Positions 29,054 through 38,009 of a DNA stretch of 64,000 nucleotides are shown here, piece by piece (the first letter of the stretch is position 1; every line of letters starts with the position of its first letter). The stretch comes from Acetobacteraceae bacterium (GTDB taxonomy: Bacteria > Pseudomonadota > Alphaproteobacteria > Acetobacterales > Acetobacteraceae), in assembly GCA_035569235.1 (NCBI GenBank), contig DATMND010000003.1, forward strand, positions 3,238 to 67,237, read 5' to 3'. A model generated the notes under the pieces. That model was not told the origin of the DNA and did no database searches. It saw only the letters and a program-made list of their open reading frames with translations. The position numbers and the translations under genes were made by a program.

Positions 29054-29606
29054 CCCATCCTCCGCTCGGCAATCGCTCAACTACAGCGTGTTGCCGTAGG
29101 CATTCTCTGCCGTCTGTTGACAATAACTATACAAGGCCTCGTGAAATTCCCGGAATCCATGCCAGGGCCGCATAAAATCCATTTTCGATGCGAATTAACA
29201 ACAATAGCAATAAAAGGCGGCACAATACCGGATCGCAGGCGTCCATATCGGGTTCAAGGCGCCCTTCGCGTTGGCACCGGTCATTACAACGCCGTCACGC
29301 AGACAGAGGCTGCCGCGGCGAAGGCTCGAGTTCGGCAACCGCCTCTTTCCTTGCTGTGATCAGCAAGGACGAGGATAGCAAGCCCCCGGTCTTCGCCGGG
29401 GCACGCTTCGCCCGCCGTGACGGGGAATGCCAGGCCGAACCGTCAAGCTTATTGGCATCGGCGCTTGTTATAAGACTGCGCCGCACTTCGTGAACTCTTG
29501 GATGAGACGCTGCGGAGCGACCTTTATTCCTGCGTTCTATTGTTTTGTCGCTGCGGCCTGCCGAGGGGCATGGATCTGCGCCCATAAGCAAAAATCCGCG
29601 ATCGGC

Positions 29607-30434
29607 TCAGTCGCTCCCGGGCGGCTCGGGGTCGCTGGCAAACGGATACGGTCCCGGGAAGTCCTCGACGTAGACCGTGTGCGACACGATGCCATCGGCC
29701 GGGGTCCAGCGGTGGAGCTGAAATGCGGGCGGCTCGAAGATGAAGGCTCCGGGATCGTGGGGGTCCAGCGACAACTCGACCTGATGCGCGACCGACGGCG
29801 CGATCGACGCAATGGCATGTGCCACACGTGTCACGACCGGCCGATGGTGGTGACCGCAGATGATCCGTTCAACCTGTTTATGCCCGGCAATGACTGCAGC
29901 GAACTCGGACGTGGTGCGGAGATTGATGCGATCCATGTGAGCGATGCCGCAGACAAATGGCGGGTGGTGCATCGCCACGATGGTCGGTTTGTCCGGCACG
30001 GCGGCCAGCGTGCGATCGAGGAACTCCAGTTGCTCGGCCCTGAGCTCCCCGTGTCCGGCGCCCGGTACCAGCGTATCCAGCATGACAAGTCGAACCGCAT
30101 GGTCCTCCACGGCATACTGGACGTAGTGCGGGTCCGTGGTCACGCCGGGCAGATGCCGAAGGCACTCACGGAACGACGCGCGCCGGTCGTGGTTGCCCGG
30201 GATGACGAACACCGGCATCGGCAGCCACTTACGCAGCATCCGCGCCACGTTGGCGTATTCGGCCTCCAGACCGGATTCGGTCAGGTCGCCGGTGATCACC
30301 ACGATGTCCGGTCGCGGGACGAACCGCGCCACCGCCCGAAACGCCCGCTCCGTGAAAATGTTGGTCTCGACCACGCGGTTCACGGGCTGCCCTACCGGTC
30401 GCACGTGCAGGTCGGTGAGCTGGCAGATCAGCAT
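29607..30434 (-). CDS. Metallophosphoesterase (CpdA-like cyclic nucleotide phosphodiesterase family)
   Basis: Motifs DLH, GDLTESG, GNHD, MHHPP and GHHH. Confidence 0.8.
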   Translation of the reverse strand: MLICQLTDLHVRPVGQPVNRVVETNIFTERAFRAVARFVPRPDIVVITGDLTESGLEAEYANVARMLRKWLPMPVFVIPGNHDRRASFRECLRHLPGVTTDPHYVQYAVEDHAVRLVMLDTLVPGAGHGELRAEQLEFLDRTLAAVPDKPTIVAMHHPPFVCGIAHMDRINLRTTSEFAAVIAGHKQVERIICGHHHRPVVTRVAHAIASIAPSVAHQVELSLDPHDPGAFIFEPPAFQLHRWTPADGIVSHTVYVEDFPGPYPFASDPEPPGSD

Positions 30435-30682
30435 GGAGCGTTCTTTCCCTTTGGCGCGCCTATTATGCCAGCTTTGGGGGTGTTTATTCCACTAGCGATT
30501 TTATCGACATTTCGGCCAACGCCCGCGCCGACGCCAGCCGAGCGCTGATTTACATGGCGTCTTGATCTGTATCAATGCCGCGCGCCACGCCGCGACTACA
30601 CTGCCGATCGCTGGTCGGGGCGCCATTGGCCCTCCGCCGCGCACCGAGATCGGATAGGAGACACGAATTGAACAGCGTATCC

Positions 30683-31144
30683 ATGGACAGGAAATTCCTG
30701 CTCGCATTCAGGCTCTTGATGGGTTGGACCTTCCTCTATGCCGGAGCCTGGCAGGTGCTTTCGCCCACCTTCTCCGCGGCGGACTTCCTGGCTCATACCA
30801 AGACTTTCCACGACCTCTATGCGCCGCTGACTTCGCCGGCGATCGCTCCGGTGCTGACGTTTTTCGTCAAGTGGGGTCACCTTCTGATAGGTCTATCCCT
30901 TGTTTCGGGCCTGCTGGTGCGTGTCAGCGGCGTATTCGGCGTCGCGCTGCTGCTCACGTATTGGACCGCCCACATGGACTTCCCCTACATCGAGAGTCAC
31001 GTAAACCTGATAATCGATTTCCACATCGTTTACGTCACCGCGACGGTATGGCTCATCGCAGCGAACGCGGGGCACGTATGGGGTCTTGACGGCTGGCTGG
31101 CACAGCGCCGGTTGATTGGCGGCCACGCCGCCGCCGCGGCATGA
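30683..31144 (+). CDS. DoxX-family membrane protein
   Basis: 153 aa with 4 hydrophobic helices and N-terminal MDRKFLLAFRLLMGWTFLYAG. The ATG at 30683 is preceded by GGAGA. Confidence 0.6.
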   Translation: MDRKFLLAFRLLMGWTFLYAGAWQVLSPTFSAADFLAHTKTFHDLYAPLTSPAIAPVLTFFVKWGHLLIGLSLVSGLLVRVSGVFGVALLLTYWTAHMDFPYIESHVNLIIDFHIVYVTATVWLIAANAGHVWGLDGWLAQRRLIGGHAAAAA

Positions 31145-31186
31145 AGCCGCTGGTGCCGGCCGAGGTGGAGTGACTGTTACAATCGA

Positions 31187-31312
31187 TCAGAAGCCGTACA
31201 GCTTCGCCGGGTTGTTCACCAGAATGCGCTGGCGCGTCGTCGCATCGGGTATCCATTCGATGCACTGATCAAACAGCAGGCCCGCCTCCGGCACGGGAGT
31301 CCATGCCGGGGG
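31187..31312 (-). pseudogene. C-terminal remnant of an amidohydrolase-type gene
   Basis: Short open frame with no start codon: ..EAGLLFDQCIEWIPDATTRQRILVNNPAKLYGF*. This resembles the C-terminus of amidohydrolase-2 family proteins. Confidence 0.3.
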
Positions 31313-31351
31313 TCAGGTCCCGTGCCTTCCGCCGCGGTGGCCGCGTGGCAC

Positions 31352-32704
31352 TCATTGGTTTTTCCCACGGTAGGCGATGCGCCAGATTGTGCCATTGCCG
31401 TCCTCGCCGACCAGCAATGAGCCGTCCCGCGCCACCGCGATGCCGACCGGCCGTGCCCACACTGCCTGGTCCGAGGCGACGAAACCGGTAAGGAAGTCCT
31501 CGTATTCGCCGGTTGGGCGGCCATTGGCGAAGCGCAGCCGGATCACCTTGTAGCCCGTGCGCCGCGCGCGGTTCCACGAACCCCGCAGCGTCACGAATGC
31601 GTCGCCGCTATAATCATTTGGGAATTGATCGCTTTTGTAGAATGCAATTCCGAGCGGCGCTGAATGCGGCTGGATCAGCACGTCGGGCACGGTGACTTGC
31701 CCCGCGAGGTCGGGCCGCTGACCCTTGAGCCGCAGGTCTTCGTGGTCACCAATATAGTACCAGGGCCAGCCGTAGAATGCGCCCTGACGCACCGAGGTCG
31801 CATAGTCCGGCGGCAGATCGTCGCCCAGCCCATCGCGCTCGTTCACCACGCACCACAGCGCTCCCCCAAGGGGTTGGATTGCTTCGGCAGTGCAGTTGCG
31901 CAGGCCGGCGGCGAAGATGCGCCGATTGCCGCCATCGGGATCGAACGCCAGCACATCAGCGCGGTCCTGCTCGTTGCCCCAGGCAGCCCCGAGGCCATGC
32001 ACCGCGTCCCACGCGCGAGCGGAAGCGGCGTCATGTGCCGGCAGACCGGTCGCGATGTTGCTCCCCGAGCCGACCGAGACGAACATCGTGCGTCCATCCG
32101 GCGCAAACACCAGATCGCGTGTCGAGTGGCCGCCGACAGGCAAACGCGGCACCACCACCTGAGGCTTGCTGCGTGCCCGCAGGTCACCGGACCGATAGGG
32201 GAACCGCACCACCTGATCGGTCGCCCCAACATAGATGAAGCGCGGATCCGGTCCCGGCGGCCAGAAGGCAATGCCGAACGGGTACGACAGACCCTCGGCA
32301 AACACATAGGCCTCCGGTTTGGCCGCGCCAGGCGGAACGCGCAGAATGCGCACCCGGCCGGCATCGCTCTCGGCCACGAACACGTCGCCGTTCGGCGCGA
32401 CACGCAGCAGGCGCGGTCGCTCCAGACCGGAGGCGAACGGTTCGACCTCGAAGCCCGGCGGCACGTGCAACATCGCGCCGGCGGGCCGCGCCACCACCGA
32501 AGGCGCGCGATGCGCGGAAAGCGTGGCATTGGGGGCCGGCATGGCGTCGGCTGTGATATGCCGCACCACGCCGGGCGCATCGGAATTCCAATCGCCATAC
32601 GCGGCGGTCCCCGTGAGCGGCGCATCGGCAAGGGCTGCCGGGGTGAACAGCAGCGGCAGCAGCAGGACCGGGAGGAAAACCCTTGTCATGCGCGCAGATT
32701 GCAT
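31352..32704 (-). CDS. PQQ-dependent sugar dehydrogenase (soluble glucose/sorbosone dehydrogenase family)
   Basis: Beta-propeller-type sequence with a signal peptide (MTRVFLPVLLLPLLFTPAALA) and C-terminal RPVGIAVARDGSLLVGEDGNGTIWRIAY. The start is ATG 32704 or 32689; the track ORF (32812) overlaps the upstream gene. Confidence 0.75.
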   Translation of the reverse strand: MQSARMTRVFLPVLLLPLLFTPAALADAPLTGTAAYGDWNSDAPGVVRHITADAMPAPNATLSAHRAPSVVARPAGAMLHVPPGFEVEPFASGLERPRLLRVAPNGDVFVAESDAGRVRILRVPPGAAKPEAYVFAEGLSYPFGIAFWPPGPDPRFIYVGATDQVVRFPYRSGDLRARSKPQVVVPRLPVGGHSTRDLVFAPDGRTMFVSVGSGSNIATGLPAHDAASARAWDAVHGLGAAWGNEQDRADVLAFDPDGGNRRIFAAGLRNCTAEAIQPLGGALWCVVNERDGLGDDLPPDYATSVRQGAFYGWPWYYIGDHEDLRLKGQRPDLAGQVTVPDVLIQPHSAPLGIAFYKSDQFPNDYSGDAFVTLRGSWNRARRTGYKVIRLRFANGRPTGEYEDFLTGFVASDQAVWARPVGIAVARDGSLLVGEDGNGTIWRIAYRGKNQ

Positions 32705-32727
32705 GGAGCGGCGGCATGCGCCACTCA

Positions 32728-33777
32728 TCAGCGTGTGAGAGCCTCCATCGCCCGGCGGTGCGCGGCCAGCAGCGCGGGGACGCGTGCGGGATCGGTGCGC
32801 CCCCAGCCGCATTCGGTCGCGACGCCAAAACGCGGCATCACCTTGCCCGCGGCATCGATGCGCGCGCGGTCGCCGCGGGGATCGGCGTGGTGAATCAGAC
32901 CGAGGTACAGCGTGGCCTCCGCGGGCAGCGACAGTCCGGCGAGCGGCGCGAAGTAGGCATCGTACGTGCGGTCCTTCGGCACCGGAATGTGCAGAAAATC
33001 CATCGGACGCCGCAGCCGTGCGAGAAAGCCGCGCGTCAACTCGACCAGAATCGCGGTATCCTTCGGCATCACCACGTGCTCATCGCGGGGCGAGCCGTAA
33101 CAGAGGTGATAGCCGCACTCAACATCGCGCGGCACCGCGTCACCCAGCCGCGCCAGTTCGGCGAAAATCTCGTCTTTGTAGCCGGGTGGGCGGTGCGGGA
33201 AATAGTGCTCGAATACCAGCACCTCCTGGCAGACATCCCATTGGATCGACAGGTCGCGATGCGAAATCGCACCGACGATTTCGCGGAGCGCCGCAAGCAG
33301 GGCGCGTTCATAGGTGGGTAGATATGCCGCTAGCGAACTGGGGCTGACATACATGTAGCCCGGGGCCATCGGCGTCGGCAGGCAGACCTGAAAACGGACG
33401 CCGGCGGGGATTTCGCCTGCATCGCGCAGGCGGCGAAAGACGGCGTATGAATCGCGCGCTGCCGCCGCGTAGCCGGTGTCGAATGTGACGGTGGCGGGAT
33501 CGACCCCAGCCTTGAACCGCAGCCAGTCCGTGGTGCGGATCAAGGCGCCGTCCCATTGGTGTAGTTCGAACGGTGGCGTGTCGGGATCGAGTTCCATCGC
33601 CGGATGGTTCAGCAGCATCTCCCGTTGCCACCAGATCCATCGATGCCGATTGCCGGTTTCGCCATCCGGGATGCGGGCGAGGAACGGCCCGAGCTCTCCA
33701 GCCACGGTCCGGAACACCGTCTCCGCGTCGGATAGCGGCACGCTGCCGATCAGGTGTGCGCCCGTCAGCTCGGTCAT
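32728..33777 (-). CDS. Uncharacterised protein, cobalamin-independent methionine synthase (MetE C-terminal)/UROD-like fold suspected
   Basis: 349 aa starting MTELTGAHLIGSVPL. The overall pattern resembles MetE-like family proteins. The assignment is tentative. Confidence 0.4.
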   Translation of the reverse strand: MTELTGAHLIGSVPLSDAETVFRTVAGELGPFLARIPDGETGNRHRWIWWQREMLLNHPAMELDPDTPPFELHQWDGALIRTTDWLRFKAGVDPATVTFDTGYAAAARDSYAVFRRLRDAGEIPAGVRFQVCLPTPMAPGYMYVSPSSLAAYLPTYERALLAALREIVGAISHRDLSIQWDVCQEVLVFEHYFPHRPPGYKDEIFAELARLGDAVPRDVECGYHLCYGSPRDEHVVMPKDTAILVELTRGFLARLRRPMDFLHIPVPKDRTYDAYFAPLAGLSLPAEATLYLGLIHHADPRGDRARIDAAGKVMPRFGVATECGWGRTDPARVPALLAAHRRAMEALTR

Positions 33778-33828
33778 TGTGGTCTTCCCTCCCCGTGGTT
33801 TGGCCCCCACGTCTCGGACGCTGCCGCT

Positions 33829-35220
33829 TCAGAACGCCAGAGCCTGTGCCGCGGCGGCGTAGCCCACCCGACGCCGCAGCGGCACAGGCCGGCGACCCGC
33901 GACGCGTTCCAGCAGCAGGCGCGCGTCATCATGTTGCTCGGCCCGCATTGCCGCGTCGAGGAAGAGCTGCTCCAGCACGTCCTGCTGGGCGTGACTGCCG
34001 CCGAGCCGGTGCATGCCGGCAAGAGCCGGACGCATCACCGCGACAGCACGGGCGTGCTCGCCCTGGATGCGCGCCAGCACTGCCTCGCAGATGGGCAACG
34101 CGTAACGCCCGACCTGCGACGCGGTGATGCCTGGACCCTGTGCGAAGTTGCGCATGGCTTCGAGCATCCGCAGCGCCGCCGCCTGCCGTCCGGTCGCGGC
34201 AAGCGCCATCATCCAGTGCGGCAGGGTGAATGGGGACAGGCAGTCGCCGACGCGCGCCTCTGCCCTGTCTGCCAGCTCCACCCAGCGGTCGCCGACATCC
34301 ACGCCGTGCCTCTCCAGCCGGAACAGCATCGACGCGGCGTTCTGCACGTCGATGTAGAGATCGGGCAGCGCCTCGGTCAGTTGCGACGCGAGATTGCGGA
34401 ATTCGCCATCGTATAGTGCCAGGACGCGGTCGGTCTCGCCGCGCTCCAGATGGAACATCGCGGCGTGCCACCACAGGTGATGGCGCAGATTGTTCGCGTC
34501 CTCCCAGTGCCGCCGCAGGCCGTCGATCCAGGCGATCCCCTCGCCGCGCCTGCCCTGCATTTCCAGCACGTGGGCCACGCCGTGCGCCGCCCACAGATCG
34601 CCCGGATCGCGGTCGATCGCCGCACGTCCCGCGGCTTCGGCCTCGGTGTAGTGGCCGCATTCCTCGTGCGCGAAGCAGCGGCAGCCCAGGATCACGCCAT
34701 AGCCTGGCAGCTCGTTGCTCCAATGCCGCTCGATGCCCAGAACCGACGCCAGCATGACATCCGGCCGCCCCAGCCAGAAATTGACGAAGTGTGCGAGGCG
34801 GAATGCGAGCACGTCGCGGGGATGTTCGCTGAGGATCTGTTCCCAGGCGGCAGCCGCGCGATCGGGCTCGCCATCGATCCAGAGCTGCAAGGCCGCGACA
34901 TGTGCCCGCTCTCTCGGTGTTGCCTGTTCGGTCAAGCGCCTGGCGTCCACTGCTGCCTCCGTCGCCACAGGCAGCGCTGCCTGCTTGTAGGACAGCATGG
35001 CGAAATAGCCCTTCAGGCAATGCGCCAAACCGAACTCCGCATCGGCGTCGAACAGCGCCGCGAGACGCTGCGGGGTATCGGCACGATAACCCAGATATCC
35101 GATCAACGTGCGGTCGAATGCCTGTGCAGCCGCCGCGGACGAGGTAGTCAGCTCCAGCCCGTGGGCGTCCCGGAACATCCGATGCTGCCTTTCGCGGTTA
35201 CCGCCGACAGCATGCCACAA
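33829..35220 (-). CDS. Tetratricopeptide repeat protein (TTC38-like family)
   Basis: 463 aa, helical and TPR-like. The N-terminus (GLELTTSSAAAAQAFDRTLIGYLGYRAD...AEFGLAHCLKGYFAML) is typical of the TTC38-like family. An alternative ATG lies at 35178. Confidence 0.6.
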   Translation of the reverse strand: MWHAVGGNRERQHRMFRDAHGLELTTSSAAAAQAFDRTLIGYLGYRADTPQRLAALFDADAEFGLAHCLKGYFAMLSYKQAALPVATEAAVDARRLTEQATPRERAHVAALQLWIDGEPDRAAAAWEQILSEHPRDVLAFRLAHFVNFWLGRPDVMLASVLGIERHWSNELPGYGVILGCRCFAHEECGHYTEAEAAGRAAIDRDPGDLWAAHGVAHVLEMQGRRGEGIAWIDGLRRHWEDANNLRHHLWWHAAMFHLERGETDRVLALYDGEFRNLASQLTEALPDLYIDVQNAASMLFRLERHGVDVGDRWVELADRAEARVGDCLSPFTLPHWMMALAATGRQAAALRMLEAMRNFAQGPGITASQVGRYALPICEAVLARIQGEHARAVAVMRPALAGMHRLGGSHAQQDVLEQLFLDAAMRAEQHDDARLLLERVAGRRPVPLRRRVGYAAAAQALAF

Positions 35221-35238
35221 TATCCGAGGCGAGGAAGG

Positions 35239-35700
35239 TCAGCCCGGTGAGAGCGATACTGTCCCGATACCCTGATGGACCATGCCGAGAAGTCGTGCTG
35301 CCTCCATGGACAGGTCGATAATCCGACGCGCCGAATACAGCCGGTCGGTGATGGTGACGACGACCGAGCGGCCTGTGGCCTGAAGTGTGACAGACACCTT
35401 GGTGCCGAATGGCAGCCAGGGGTGCGCCGCCGTCAGTTCGTTCGGATTGAAGCGACTGCCATCTGCCGTGCGTCTGCCCTGATGGGCGACCCCGTAGTAG
35501 GACGCCGTTCCTTTCTCGATGACCGAGCTCTCCGGGCCCGTCCCTCCGGTCCACTGCGCATGGGCGCCGCTATGCACCAGGGCGAACAGGGAGGCCGCGA
35601 CCAGACCCGGCAGTCCGCGCTGGAAAAGGTTCCTCCAGACGCCCTGCGCCCAGTATTGGATGATGCGCACCTGGGATAAACCGGCACCGCAATCAATCAT
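35239..35700 (-). CDS. RlpA-like lytic transglycosylase (DPBB domain) protein
   Basis: GTASYYGVAHQGRRTADGSRFNPNELTAAHPWLPFGTKVSVT...VVVTITDR matches the RlpA double-psi beta-barrel. The start is set at ATG 35700, ahead of a signal-like segment. Confidence 0.8.
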   Translation of the reverse strand: MIDCGAGLSQVRIIQYWAQGVWRNLFQRGLPGLVAASLFALVHSGAHAQWTGGTGPESSVIEKGTASYYGVAHQGRRTADGSRFNPNELTAAHPWLPFGTKVSVTLQATGRSVVVTITDRLYSARRIIDLSMEAARLLGMVHQGIGTVSLSPG

Positions 35701-35951
35701 ACCGCGATCGGCGTAAGGACTTCGATCAGACACGCAATATTGCTCGGTCAGCGCAGTCGAAACGACTGGTCTGATCCGATGGACATTCACCAAATAGGTG
35801 AAATTGCGGCATTTTTTCTGGCCGCTGGCTTTATTTTCCCGGTCCATGACCAGCATGATGCTGTTCAAGAACAGTCTTGGCAACCCCTAATTGCATCAAC
35901 TGCACCTTTCTGGACATGTGACCCGGCCGCGGATGAGGCTGTGCGCCGACG

Positions 35952-36695
35952 ATGGCCGAAACCCTAATCATTGCCGTATTCGGCGTGTTTGCCGCCTCGC
36001 TGTTGCGGGGCTTCACGGGATTCGGCTTCGGCATTGCCGCCGTGCCACTGCTCAGCTTGGCACTGCCGCCGACCAGGGCCGTGCCTTTCGTCGTGGCACT
36101 GCAGGTCATCGTGGGAGGCGTGGGGCTGCGGCAGGCCTGGTCGCTGTGCGATTGGCGGGCAGTCGGCGGCCTGAGCCCTGGCCTCGTGCTGGGCATCCCG
36201 ATCGGCCTGGCGGTGCTGACCGCGCTTCGAGCCGATACGGTCCGGCTGGCCATCGGCTGTCTGATCCTTGGATCCGTCCTGCTGCTTTGGCGTGGCCTTC
36301 GGCTGTCGCGCACGCCATCGCGTGCACTCACGATTGCGGTCGGTCTCGTCGCGGGTGTGATGAGCGGTCTTTCATCGATGGGCGGGCCGCCTATCGTGGT
36401 CTATCTGCTGGCGCTGTCGCACGAGGCCGCGGTCGTGCGCGCATCGTCCATCGTGTACTTCATGCTCGCGGCGATGGTGTCGCTATTGCTGATGTCGTTG
36501 AACGGGCTGATCGACCGCGAAATCCTATCATGGTCGGTTGCTTCGGTGCCGGTGCTGATGGCGGGCACCTATCTGGGAAACTGGGGCTTCCGCCATTCGC
36601 GTCCGCATCACCATAGGCTCACCGCGATGGTTCTGCTGTCGGTCCTGGCGCTGCTGCTGATCGCCCGTGGTCTCGGTGGCTGGTGGACTGCGTAG
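35952..36695 (+). CDS. Sulfite exporter TauE/SafE-family membrane protein
   Basis: 247 aa with 7-8 helices and N-terminal FAASLLRGFTGFGFGIAAVPLLSL. Confidence 0.8.
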   Translation: MAETLIIAVFGVFAASLLRGFTGFGFGIAAVPLLSLALPPTRAVPFVVALQVIVGGVGLRQAWSLCDWRAVGGLSPGLVLGIPIGLAVLTALRADTVRLAIGCLILGSVLLLWRGLRLSRTPSRALTIAVGLVAGVMSGLSSMGGPPIVVYLLALSHEAAVVRASSIVYFMLAAMVSLLLMSLNGLIDREILSWSVASVPVLMAGTYLGNWGFRHSRPHHHRLTAMVLLSVLALLLIARGLGGWWTA

Positions 36696-36756
36696 CCGGG
36701 AGGGTTCGGCGCGAATCGATGGAATTAACGAGGGCAGCGGCGATGCCCCCCTTTTT

Positions 36757-36872
36757 GTCATCCCCGCGAAAGCGGGGACCCAGACGTTTGGCACCGTGCA
36801 TCGTGCCTGGGTCCCCGCTTTCGCGGGGATGACAATAAAACCGCGGGGACGACAAAAACGCGGGGATGACGA
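36757..36872. repeat. REP family A: inverted pair of GTCATCCCCGCGAAAGCGGGGACCCA units plus partial copies
   Basis: The forward unit is at 36757-36782 and the reverse unit at 36808-36833, each an internal GAAA-loop hairpin. Degenerate partial copies extend to about 36872. The same unit recurs at 53791-53851. Confidence 0.85.
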
Positions 36873-36928
36873 TGAGAATGGAAGGCCGGTCGCAACTGAC
36901 ACGTCGAGCTCGCGGCGAGCCCTATGCA

Positions 36929-37360
36929 TCACTCGTCATCCAGCGGCACGGCTCTGGTTTGCTTGACGCGCGCACGATGTGTCTTCGTCTGCAGCCGGCG
37001 GCGTTTGGAAGCGACGGTCGGCCGGGTGGCTATCCGCGGGATCGGTGGTTCAGCGGCGCGTTCGATCAACTCGATCAAAGTGTCAAGCGCGGCCTGCCGA
37101 TTGCGGTCCTGGGTGCGGTGGCGCTGGGCCGTGATCAGCAACGTCCCATCCTGCGCGAACCGCCGGCCGGCAAGCCCCCGCAGCCGCGCCTGCACGTCGT
37201 TTGGCAGGCCCGAGGCAGCCGGATCGAATCGCAACTGAACCGCCGTCGAAACCTTGTTGACGTTCTGTCCACCGGGTCCAGACGAGCGGACGAAGCTTTC
37301 TGAGATTGCCCGCTCGTCTATCTCAATGGAGGCAGTGATCCGGATCATACCCTCGGTCAA
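36929..37360 (-). CDS. arfB: Alternative ribosome-rescue factor ArfB (peptidyl-tRNA hydrolase, YaeJ family)
   Basis: 143 aa with GGQ motif SSGPGGQNVNKVSTAVQLRF and a basic C-terminal tail. Confidence 0.9.
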   Translation of the reverse strand: MTEGMIRITASIEIDERAISESFVRSSGPGGQNVNKVSTAVQLRFDPAASGLPNDVQARLRGLAGRRFAQDGTLLITAQRHRTQDRNRQAALDTLIELIERAAEPPIPRIATRPTVASKRRRLQTKTHRARVKQTRAVPLDDE

Positions 37361-37369
37361 GCGCCGAAA

Positions 37370-37810
37370 TCAGACCGCGCCACGCTTCCTGCGAACCACC
37401 GCGCGCTTGGCCGACTTGGCAGACTTCCGCCCAAGCCCGATCTTCTTGGCCAGTGCAGACCGCGTCCGCGCGTAGTTCGGCGCTACCATCGGATAGTCAC
37501 GCTGCAGTCCCCATCGCTCCCGATACTGTTGCGGCGTTAACTTGTGGTCGGTCATCAAATGCCGCTTCAGCATGGAGAAGGCCTTGCCGTCTTCCAGACA
37601 GATGATGCGGTCTTGCCTGATCGACTGCTTCACTGGTACTGCCGGGGTCGGCTTTTCAGCCTCCGCCGGCTGGTTTCCGACATTTGTGAGAGCCCTGTAC
37701 ACTTCCTGTATCAGGCTCGGCAGCGCATCTGGCGCGACGGCATTGTGCCGGACATGTGCTGACACGATCTGCGCCGTCAGTCCGAGCACCTGGTCGGTCG
37801 TTTCACTCAT
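37370..37810 (-). CDS. mucR: MucR/Ros-family zinc-finger transcriptional regulator
   Basis: CLEDGKAFSMLKRHLMTDHKLTPQQYRERWGLQRDYPMVAPNYARTRSALAKKIGLGR is diagnostic of Ros/MucR. Confidence 0.92.
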   Translation of the reverse strand: MSETTDQVLGLTAQIVSAHVRHNAVAPDALPSLIQEVYRALTNVGNQPAEAEKPTPAVPVKQSIRQDRIICLEDGKAFSMLKRHLMTDHKLTPQQYRERWGLQRDYPMVAPNYARTRSALAKKIGLGRKSAKSAKRAVVRRKRGAV

Positions 37811-38009
37811 TTTTATGCCCCTTCAACCCGACGTCACCTTAACGTTATTGGAGCGAATCCCATAGAGTCGGTTCATTACAATGAAAACACCAACTCGCGA
37901 GTACATCTGGCGACCACGATGGCCCAATGCGGCCGTCTGAGTTGCCCAGGGGATGGCCGAAGTCGCGTTTCGATGGCAGGTTGCCCGGAACCATGGTTCG
38001 CAGGAGACG

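Noticed and set aside
29230-29450. Cobalamin or TPP riboswitch in the long non-coding gap upstream of the anti-sigma gene
   Set aside because: I could not find the B12 box (GCCACTG), the AGGGAA...GGTG core, or the TPP CTGAGA/ACCTGATCTGGATAATGCC core on either strand. Only generic GC hairpins are present, so the region is reported as an unassigned structured region instead.
36619-36855. ORFs translating REP elements: 36619-36855(-), 36528-36932(-), 53679-53885(+), 53688-54083(-), 56668-57423(-)
   Set aside because: Their only conserved segments (..IPAKAGTQ.., ..FAGMT.., ..MAGLDPAI..) are translations of the palindromic repeat units. These read similarly on both strands, so they are not genes.
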